A stretch of 64,000 nucleotides of DNA from an uncultured Clostridia bacterium. GTDB lineage: Bacteria; Bacillota; Clostridia; Christensenellales; CAG-917. Shown piece after piece: positions 13,366 through 20,900 of the stretch. The notes under the pieces are model-generated. The model did no database searches. It was not told where the DNA came from and saw only the letters and a program-made list of their open reading frames with translations. Within the stretch, counting starts at the first letter, position 1. Each line of letters opens with the position of its first letter. The stretch lies in the NCBI GenBank assembly GCA_934254835.1, contig CAKQMI010000003.1, positions 14,240 through 78,239 on the forward strand. The letters run 5' to 3'. The position numbers were made by a program, and so were the translations under genes.

Positions 13366-15444
13366 TTATTTGATTTTCAGTGCGGTTTCGAACGCGTCTT
13401 TGGTTGCGCTTGCGATACGTCCCGTCTTGTCGGCGTCGCCGATGACAAAAATCCTTTCAAGCTTATCTTTCGCGTCGTTGAAAAGTTTGTTGTCGCTTCT
13501 TACGCCAAGACTGATGACGACGTTGTCGCACGGAATCTCGCTCTTGTTTTTGGTTTTTGTATCTTCAACTACGACGCCTCTTTCGTTGATTTCGACCAGC
13601 ATCTTGCCGGTGACGAATTTGGTGTCGAATTTTGACAGTTTTTGCATTGCGTCGTCAACGTGTTGGAACCACATTCCGGGTGCGATTTGGTTTTTGCCCT
13701 CGACAACGGTGACGTGATTGCCGTCTTTGCACAAGAACTCCGACGTTTCAAGCCCCGTCATACCGCTTCCAGCAACTACGATGCGTTTGTTTTCAAGTTT
13801 GACCGCGCCCGACAAAATCTCGGTAGACGTGCAAACGTTTGCATTGTCGATGCCTTTTATCGACTTCGGCTTGATGGCGACACCGCCCGTTGCCACGACG
13901 ACAGCGTACGGATTCATCTCTTTCAGCATATCGACGGTCGCCTCGGTGTTGAACATGAACTTCGCGCCAAGCTTTGTGACCGACGTCATAAGGTCTTCGG
14001 TCGCCCATGCAATTTTGTCTTTGCCGGGACCTTTGTCGGCAAGGTTCAGTTGTCCGCCCGCGGTGCCCTCTTTTTCGATAATCGTGACGTTGAATCCGCG
14101 GTTTAACAATACCTCTGCACACGTAAGCCCCGCGACGCCCGCGCCGACAATCGCCACATGTCTGCCGTTGCCGACCTTTTCGGTGATTTTGTCCATCTCG
14201 CCTTCGTGTCCGAGATAGGGGTTAAGCGAGCAAAGAGTGTGACTGCCGTGGAAAGCCTGTTCTTCCATGCTTTGTATGCAGTATAAACAGCAAATGCAAC
14301 GGCGGATATCCTCGGGGTGTCCCGACGCGCACTTGTTGACCAAATGAGGATCGGCAATGTGCGGACGTCCAAGGCTGATTAAATCTTGTACGCCTGCTTT
14401 CAGTTGCTCCTCGGCTTGTTCGGGAGAGCGGATAAGGTTGGCGGCAAGCACGGGAATTTTGACATTTTTCTTGACTTCCTCCGCCATAAACTTCCTCCAG
14501 CCTACGGGGAACGACGTGGGTTCAAGCCAGTAGTTGAAGGTGTCGTAGCCCGCCGACGATACGTCGATTGCGTCGATGCCCGCTTGTTCCAGACGTTTTG
14601 CCATTTCGACGCCCTCTTTGAGGTCGTAGCCGACGCCGGGCTTTCCGATGTAGGAATAGCACTCGTCCACGGTGAGCCTGACAAGTATGGGATAGCCGGG
14701 GCAACGCTCCTTTATGCCCTTGATTATGTTCAGAAGAAAACGCATACGGTTTTCAAGACTTCCGCCGTACTCGTCGGTGCGACGGTTGGTGTACGGACTT
14801 AAAAATTGCTGGATAAGATAGCCGTGCGACGCGTGCAGTTCAACGGCGTCAACGCCCGCTTTTTGCAACCTTTCGGCAGCGTCGATAAAATCCTTTTCCA
14901 GGCTGACGATTTGCTTATGCGAAAACGCCTTCATCTTGCTGTCGGCAAACTTCGCGCGCTCCGTAACAGACGGCGCGTAAACCTTCGGACACCAGTGCTT
15001 TTCCAAAAGTTTCGGCCCGACCTTCGGCACGACTTTGAAAATCATCTTTTTGATGCACTTCACGTTTTGGAAGGGAATCAAAAGAGGAATCGTCCCTATG
15101 CAAAGCCCGAGATTTTGACGTCCGGGGTGATGAAGTTGCACGGCGAGTTTTCCGCCCGCCTCGTGTATGCGGTCCGCAAATTTGCGCATAGGTTCGATAT
15201 GAGAATCCTTGCTCATCGAAAGTTGCGCGAACGCAGCGGCGCCGTGGAAATCGTTGACGCGCGTAATTTCCGTGATGATAAGAGCCGTTCCGCCCTTTGC
15301 GCGCTCAACGTAATAGTTCATAAGTTGTTCAGTGGGTTTGCCGTCGAAGTCGCCCATACCGATAAGCATCGGTGCCATAACAACGCGGTTTTTCAGTTGC
15401 ATGTTGCCGATTTTGATTGGGCTTAACAACGTTTCATATGCCAT
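13366..15444 (-). CDS. NADH:flavin oxidoreductase (OYE-like FMN domain + Fe-S + FAD/NAD(P) domain; 2,4-dienoyl-CoA reductase/NADH oxidase type)
   Basis: 692 aa. ELHASHGYLIQQFLSPYTNRRTDEYGGS (OYE), Cys cluster RRCICCLYC, Rossmann motifs VGAGVAGL and AGSGMTGLE. Confidence 0.88.
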   Translation of the reverse strand: MAYETLLSPIKIGNMQLKNRVVMAPMLIGMGDFDGKPTEQLMNYYVERAKGGTALIITEITRVNDFHGAAAFAQLSMSKDSHIEPMRKFADRIHEAGGKLAVQLHHPGRQNLGLCIGTIPLLIPFQNVKCIKKMIFKVVPKVGPKLLEKHWCPKVYAPSVTERAKFADSKMKAFSHKQIVSLEKDFIDAAERLQKAGVDAVELHASHGYLIQQFLSPYTNRRTDEYGGSLENRMRFLLNIIKGIKERCPGYPILVRLTVDECYSYIGKPGVGYDLKEGVEMAKRLEQAGIDAIDVSSAGYDTFNYWLEPTSFPVGWRKFMAEEVKKNVKIPVLAANLIRSPEQAEEQLKAGVQDLISLGRPHIADPHLVNKCASGHPEDIRRCICCLYCIQSMEEQAFHGSHTLCSLNPYLGHEGEMDKITEKVGNGRHVAIVGAGVAGLTCAEVLLNRGFNVTIIEKEGTAGGQLNLADKGPGKDKIAWATEDLMTSVTKLGAKFMFNTEATVDMLKEMNPYAVVVATGGVAIKPKSIKGIDNANVCTSTEILSGAVKLENKRIVVAGSGMTGLETSEFLCKDGNHVTVVEGKNQIAPGMWFQHVDDAMQKLSKFDTKFVTGKMLVEINERGVVVEDTKTKNKSEIPCDNVVISLGVRSDNKLFNDAKDKLERIFVIGDADKTGRIASATKDAFETALKIK

Positions 15445-15579
15445 AATTCACCTCAAAAATTTCAAAGTAATGTATATTATAGCACATACTCAGTGATATT
15501 ACAAGGAATTTTGACAAATGCTTTAATATTGTATGATCGTTTTGCGCCTTGCGTTTTCCGCCGTCACACGGCAAATAAT

Positions 15580-15608
15580 TTGACAAATTTTGAATAAAGT
15601 TGTATAAT
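15580..15608 (+). promoter_or_regulatory. sigma-A promoter candidate
   Basis: TTGACA (15580-15585)-N17-TATAAT (15603-15608), about 78 nt upstream of ATG 15686. Confidence 0.55.
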
Positions 15609-15685
15609 TAAATGGTAATTTATATTTGCACATATCGGCATTTATCGTTCAAATTACAACAATAAACCTTTGTTTTGGTGATATT

Positions 15686-16123
15686 ATGACAAAACGCGAA
15701 CAAGCAATGCAAAACTTCAAAAACGGATATAACTGCGCGCAGGCGGTGCTCCTTGCGTTCAAGGACGACCTGAATTTGGACGAAAAAAACCTTGCCCTTA
15801 TCTCGTCGTCGTTCGGCGGGGGCATGGGCAGAATGCGCGAAGTTTGCGGTGCGGTCAGCGGTATGTTTATGGTGGCGGGGTTGAAATACGGCTACTTCGA
15901 GCCGACCGCAAAACAGGAAAAAGCGGATCTTTACGCCCTCATTCAAAAGCTCGCGTCGGACTTCAAAGCACAAAACGGCAGTATTATTTGCAAGGAACTT
16001 TTGGGTGTTTCGGACACTTCTCCCACGCCCGAACCGCGCACGGAAGCCTACTATAAAAAACGTCCTTGTGTCGAACTTGTGGGAATCGCCGCCGAACTTA
16101 TCGAAAATTTGTCCGAAAAATAA
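15686..16123 (+). CDS. C_GCAxxG_C_C family redox-type protein
   Basis: Start at MTKREQAMQNF (GGTGA RBS). Motifs GYNCAQAV, CGAVSG, ICKELL and RPCVELV fit the family name pattern. Confidence 0.8.
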   Translation: MTKREQAMQNFKNGYNCAQAVLLAFKDDLNLDEKNLALISSSFGGGMGRMREVCGAVSGMFMVAGLKYGYFEPTAKQEKADLYALIQKLASDFKAQNGSIICKELLGVSDTSPTPEPRTEAYYKKRPCVELVGIAAELIENLSEK

Positions 16124-16141
16124 AAAATCACCTAAAAACTG

Positions 16142-16170
16142 TTTACAAATTCAAAATAGTGTGGTAATAT
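16142..16170 (+). promoter_or_regulatory. possible promoter of tRNA-Val
   Basis: TTTACA-N17-TAATAT ending about 13 nt before the tRNA 5' end. Confidence 0.35.
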
Positions 16171-16182
16171 AATCTTCGCTAT

Positions 16183-16258
16183 GGACGTTTAACTCAGCTG
16201 GTAGAGTGTCTTCTTGACGTGGAGAAAGTCAGCGGTTCGAGTCCGTTAACGTCCACCA
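16183..16258 (+). tRNA. tRNA-Val (anticodon GAC), CCA encoded
   Basis: The hand-folded cloverleaf has acceptor GGACGTT/AACGTCC, D arm ACTC-AGCTGGTA-GAGT, anticodon arm TCTTC-TTGACGT-GGAGA, T arm AGCGG-TTCGAGT-CCGTT, discriminator A and CCA. Total 76 nt. Confidence 0.93.
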
Positions 16259-16292
16259 AAATAACGCAATCAAACGGTTGCGTTATTTTTTT
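16259..16292 (+). terminator. rho-independent terminator after tRNA-Val
   Basis: ATAACGCAA-tcaaacgg-TTGCGTTAT followed by TTTTTT. Confidence 0.7.
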
Positions 16293-16296
16293 GTAC

Positions 16297-16306
16297 GCTA
16301 ACGTCC
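16297..16306 (+). repeat. partial copy of the tRNA-Val 3' acceptor (GCTAACGTCC)
   Basis: 9/10 match to GTTAACGTCC of the tRNA, direct orientation. Short, so weak on its own. Confidence 0.3.
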
Positions 16307-16384
16307 TCTGCGCAAATACATTTGCGCGGGCTACGCCACGTCACACACTTCGCTTTAAAAATCGCATTATTTCTTTTAATAATG

Positions 16385-16440
16385 CTCACTCTTGCGCTCG
16401 TGTGCTCCTCTTCCCCAAAAGTACAAAAGTATCTTTTGGG
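16385..16440 (-). repeat. inverted partial copy of the 105-bp unit head
   Basis: The reverse complement CCCAAAAGATACTTTTGTACTTTTGGGGAAGAGGAGCACACGAGCGCAAGAGTGAG aligns with 17013-17068 (CCCAAAAGATACTTTTGTACTTTTGGGGAAAAGGAGTATGCGAGCGTAAGACAATC). Confidence 0.6.
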
Positions 16441-16456
16441 AGCCCCATTATTACGC

Positions 16457-16629
16457 GCTGACCGCAAGCAAAGAGAGGAGCAAGCGCTTGCATTTGCGAA
16501 AATCGAGCGTAGCGGACATAGACAACGATTGCACGAATTTTTCGTGCAAAATGCAAGGCATTGTTGCTTTCAACAAATCGTTGTCATAGACGCTTCACTA
16601 TGCAAGTAAACTTGCTCGTTCCGCTATTA
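16457..16629 (+). ncRNA. candidate structured RNA/DNA core, copy 1 (second copy 50845-51017 minus)
   Basis: About 173 nt align with the reverse complement of 50845-51017. There is a three-hairpin junction (16523-16583) and a further hairpin (16602-16615), and the stems are kept by compensatory changes between the copies. No ORF. Confidence 0.45.
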
Positions 16630-16631
16630 AA

Positions 16632-16641
16632 CGAGTCCGTT
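16632..16641 (+). repeat. partial copy of the tRNA-Val T-arm/acceptor (CGAGTCCGTT)
   Basis: 10/10 identity to tRNA positions 16237-16246, directly after the 173-nt core. Confidence 0.4.
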
Positions 16642-16775
16642 CCAAGGGGCAGAGAACACCGAAATCTTGATTTCGGTGTTCGGCGGTTGCTTGCAAACGC
16701 TTACGTTGTGTAGCGTGTATGAAATGGTAGATAGTTTGTAGCATTTCGAAAAGCATAAATGGTACGCCCAACGCA

Positions 16776-16809
16776 GAGTAGCCCCGTTAACGTCACGCCC
16801 GTTAACGTC
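16776..16809 (+). repeat. two adjacent partial copies of the tRNA-Val 3' end
   Basis: GAGTAGCCCCGTTAACGTC and CCCGTTAACGTC compared with tRNA GAGTCCGTTAACGTCC. Confidence 0.5.
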
Positions 16810-16883
16810 GCTTTTTGTCCTCGGCAATTCTCTTTACAGCAACGAATTACTCTCTTATGTCATTGCGAGGAGGATATCGGTGT

Positions 16884-17003
16884 CTCCAAAAGATACTGAC
16901 TAATGGGCCCCGCGGGATACTGTGTACCCGTGGGGAAAAGGAGTATGCGAGCGTAAGACAACCGACTGTCGCTTGCGACAATCGGTTGGTCAAAAACGAA
17001 GCA
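16884..17003 (+). repeat. tandem repeat unit a (period about 105 bp)
   Basis: CTCCAAAAGATACT ... GGGGAAAAGGAGTATGCGAGCGTAAGACAACCGACTGTCGCTTGCGACAATCGGTTGGTCAAAAACGAAGCA. Confidence 0.7.
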
Positions 17004-17011
17004 ATCGGGGC

Positions 17012-17108
17012 CCCCAAAAGATACTTTTGTACTTTTGGGGAAAAGGAGTATGCGAGCGTAAGACAATCGACTGTCGCTTGCGACACTCGATTGGTCAAAA
17101 ACGAAGCA
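17012..17108 (+). repeat. tandem repeat unit b
   Basis: CCCCAAAAGATACT ... GGGGAAAAGGAGTATGCGAGCGTAAGACAATCGACTGTCGCTTGCGACACTCGATTGGTCAAAAACGAAGCA. The 72-nt body is near-identical to unit a. Confidence 0.7.
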
Positions 17109-17116
17109 TACGACGT

Positions 17117-17136
17117 GAGTAGCCCCGCTAACGTCC
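17117..17136 (+). repeat. partial copy of the tRNA-Val 3' end
   Basis: GAGTAGCCCCGCTAACGTCC compared with tRNA GAGTCCGTTAACGTCC, direct orientation. Confidence 0.5.
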
Positions 17137-17405
17137 TTCTATGCGCTCTTTTGCTTGTGTCAGTTAATACACCGTATCGTATCGGCTCATCGTTTCACAA
17201 GGTGTCCCTTCCGGGAGATTGCCACAACACCGCAAGGCGGTGTTTCGCAATGACGTATTGAGGGCGTTCCTCAGAATGACAGAAGCGAGTGCACCACGCA
17301 ACTCTTAAAATGGCGTATGCTCGCTATTCATTATTTTACCTTGTAAAAACAATACTTTAACACCTTGTTTTGTCAATTGAATATACTTTTCTCGTTTTTT
17401 GTTTT

Positions 17406-17819
17406 TCACAAAAAACGGCGCAATTCTTTGACATTGGCGTCATAAAGTTTGATGAGTTCGCCGGCAAACGGGGTATCCTCGTGACTATAAAGGTGCGACG
17501 TTTTGACAACGTCGTTAATGCCCATATTGTTGCCCTCGATAAGCATTTCGGCGATGTTGGTCGTGGACTTGTCAAGCCCCGATTTCATCTTTACGCCCAT
17601 TTTCATCATTGCCCTTTCCATCTTGTTGGGGTACGTTCCTTCGACCGCTGACGGCGTATCTCCAAGCTCTTTCGAAGCCCTTTCGGACAAATCCAAAATC
17701 TTTGTTTTTTGTTTCCACAAAGTTTCGCGCAGTTTAGTATCTTTGACGTTTTCCCAAATGTTATCGATGGCGTCCACGCCGACGTTGCAGTTTTTGATGA
17801 CTTCTTTCAATAAATTCAT
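17406..17819 (-). CDS. hypothetical helical protein (possible four-helix-bundle/ferritin-like fold)
   Basis: Start placed at MNLLKEVIKNCNVGVDAIDNI, with GGAGG 5 nt upstream. The N-terminal 31 aa of the track ORF overlap pntB. No family recognised with confidence. Confidence 0.5.
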   Translation of the reverse strand: MNLLKEVIKNCNVGVDAIDNIWENVKDTKLRETLWKQKTKILDLSERASKELGDTPSAVEGTYPNKMERAMMKMGVKMKSGLDKSTTNIAEMLIEGNNMGINDVVKTSHLYSHEDTPFAGELIKLYDANVKELRRFL

Positions 17820-17904
17820 ATTTGCCTCCATATCGGAGTTTGTGCAAAGCGCAAAAAAATATGCCACCGCATTACACGGTGGCAAATTTTCATTGTTTTT
17901 TGAT

Positions 17905-20900
17905 TTACGCATTCATATCGGAAATGAACTTTTGGAGCGTTTCCTGAGCGTTGCCAAGGTACAGATACACGCCGTTTTCGCGAGTGTACAAGGGGTTGTC
18001 AACGCCTGCGTAGCCGGGTTTCAAGTCGTAGTTGAAGATGAAGATATTCTTGCAATCCGCGACGTCCAAAACGGGCATTCCATAAATAGGCGTGCCTTCC
18101 GCGGTGTTTGCGGCGGGGTTCAGAACGTCGTTTGCGCCGATGACGATCGACGCGTCAGCCGTCTTGAACTCGGGGTTGATATCGTCCATTTCGTACAAAT
18201 CTTCGTAGTCAACGTCGGCTTCACACAGCAATACGTTCATGTGCCCGGGCATACGTCCCGCAACGGGGTGAATTGCGTATTTGACCTTGGTGCCGTTTGC
18301 GACGAGTTTGTCGGCGAGTTGCTTTACAAGGTGTTGAGCCTGCGCGATTGCCATACCGTAACCGGGGACGATAATCACGTTTTTGGCGTCCAGCAGAAGT
18401 TTGGCGGGGTTTTCGACCTTTTTGGGTGCGTCTTCCGTCTTTTCCGCAGTTGCCTCGACGGCAGGTTCAGCCGTATCGGCTTTTTCAAGCGCGACTTCGG
18501 CGGGTTTATCCATATCGGCGATGAATTTTTGCAAGGTGTCTTGAGCGTTGCCGAGATACAGATGGACGCCGTTTTCACGCGTATAGATGGGGTTGTCAAC
18601 GCCCGCGTAGCCGGGTTTCAAGTCGTAGTTGAAGATGAAGATATTCTTGCAATCTGCAACGTCCAAAACGGGCATTCCGTAGATAGGCGTACCTTCCGCG
18701 GTGTTTGCGGCGGGGTTCAGAACATCGTTTGCGCCGATGACGATTGTGGCGTCTGCCGTCTTAAACTCGGGGTTGATATTGTCCATTTCGTACAAATCTT
18801 CGTAGTCAACGTCGGCTTCGCACAACAATACGTTCATGTGTCCGGGCATACGTCCCGCAACGGGGTGAATTGCGTATTTGACTTTCGTTCCGCCTGCGGT
18901 AAGTTTGTCGGCAAGTTGCTTTACAAGGTGTTGCGCCTGCGCGATTGCCATGCCGTAGCCGGGGACGATGATGACTTCTTTCGCACCGTTGAGGCTTGAC
19001 GCGTAGTTGGTCTCAGTTTTCACTTCGACGGGTTTGACTTCGGCGGTTTCAGCCTTGACTTCGGTGGTCGTTTCGACGGGTTTATCCATATCGGCGATGA
19101 ATTTTTGCAAAGTTTCTTGAGCGTTGCCGAGATACAGATGTACGCCCTCTTCACGGGTGTAAATGGGGTTGTTGACGCCGGCGTAACCGGGCTTCAAGTC
19201 GTAGTTGAAGATGAAGATATTCTTGCAATCCGCGACGTCCAAAACGGGCATTCCGTAGATAGGCGTGCCTTCCGCGGTGTTTGCGGCGGGGTTCAGAACG
19301 TCGTTTGCGCCGATGACGATTGTGGCGTCAGCCGTCTTGAATTCGGGGTTAATGTTGTCCATTTCAAACAAATCCTCGTATTCGACGTTGGCTTCGCACA
19401 GCAATACGTTCATGTGTCCGGGCATACGTCCCGCGACGGGGTGGATTGCATATTTGACCTTGGTGCCGTTTGCGACGAGTTTGTCGGCAAGTTGCTTTAC
19501 AAGGTGTTGAGCCTGCGCGATTGCCATGCCGTAGCCGGGGACGATGATGACTTCTTTTGCACCGTTGAGGGTTGCGGCGTAGTTAATTTCGGTTTTCACG
19601 ACGGGTTTTTCGGCTTTGACTTCTTCTTTTGCGACAGCGGGTTTATCCGCTCTGACTTCCGCAGGAGCGGGAGCGGGGGCGGGTTTCGAGTCGCCGGACG
19701 TACCGCCAAGAAGGATTGCGCCGAGTTTTCTGTTCATTGCTTTGCACATAATTTGCGTCAAAAGGAGTCCCGACGCGCCGACGATACCACCGACGGCAAC
19801 CAGCAATAAGTCGTTGATTGCAAGACCGGCGATTGCGCCCGCGACGCCCGAAAGGCTGTTGAGCAAAGAAATGGTGATGGGCATATCCGCGCCACCGACA
19901 CGAATTGCGAAGATAAATCCGAAGAAGCCCGAGATAACAAGCAACAACGCAATCATGATACCGCAAAACGCTTTGATATCCATGCCGAGCACGATTTTGC
20001 CACTGCCCGCAAGAGCCGCAACCGTCGCGAACACGACGATAAGCGCGAGCGTCAACATAAGACTGCCGACGGTCATAGCCTGATGTCCCTTATAGACAAC
20101 GGGTTTTTGCGGGAGAATTTTGTGAAGTTTGCCTGCCGCGACAAGGCTTCCGATGAGGGTGATCATACCGACTGCAAGCGCAAGAGACGACGTCGTCGTG
20201 GAGAATCCGTCAAAGCCCGTGCCTACGCCGAGCATAGCGAACGCGCCGACGATTGCCGATGCCGCACCGCCCAAACCGTTGAGCAACGCAACCATCTGAG
20301 GCATTTGAATCATCTTGACTTTCTTTGCAAGGACGATACCCGCAACCGTGCCGAGTGCGAGACCGATATAGAGCGTCCAGACAGTCGCGATGTGATTTGT
20401 GCCGTTGCCGTAAACGATAATGAGGATTATTGCAAGGAGCATGCAAATCGCGCTGAAACGGTTGCCGATTTTGCTGTAAACGACCTTGCCCATCATAGCG
20501 ATGCCCAAAAGCACGCCAAGCGACAGTACGATTGCCATTGCAAGGTAGATCCAGTCACGAACAGAAGCGCCCGAGCCTGCGCCCGCCGATTTTGCGATGA
20601 CGTCCATACAGCAAATAACCGCAAGAAGCCCCGCGCCGACGATTGCCGATGCGACGTAAATTGCGGTTTGTCCCTTTGCTTTTTTCTTTGCGATCATGCC
20701 GAGCATACGGTCGGTGACCATAAATCCGCCGACGACGTTGACCATTGCAAGAGCGATTGCAAGCGAACCGAAGATCGCCGAAAGCACGACGCCCGCCGTC
20801 CCGAGATTGAACAGCGATGCGCTTGCCGACAATGCGCCAAGCACCGTCACGCCCGACAATGCGTTCATACCCGACATAAGCGGAGTATGCAAAAGCGTGG

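Noticed and set aside
16884-17108. A possible CRISPR array, given direct repeats here and in the pnt spacer.
   Set aside because: There are only two units each, the units are about 100 nt rather than 25-40 nt repeats with unique spacers, and there are no cas genes.
16219-17261. Several 60-150-aa ORFs in the tract after tRNA-Val (one even starts inside the tRNA).
   Set aside because: They overlap the tRNA and its terminator, are built from repeats on both strands, have no RBS and have low-complexity composition.
16293-17405. RNase P RNA, SRP RNA or 6S RNA hidden in the 1.1-kb non-coding tract.
   Set aside because: I could not find their universally conserved blocks (for example the GAGGAAAGTCC-type P4 region or the SRP domain IV motif). 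This still needs a formal Rfam scan.
17503-19809. Long plus-strand ORFs (498 aa and 234 aa) with internally repeated sequence, antisense to pntB.
   Set aside because: They are shadows of the three dIII-coding repeats. They are Val/Asp/Gly/Cys-rich with no motifs, whereas the minus-strand frame gives a textbook PntB.
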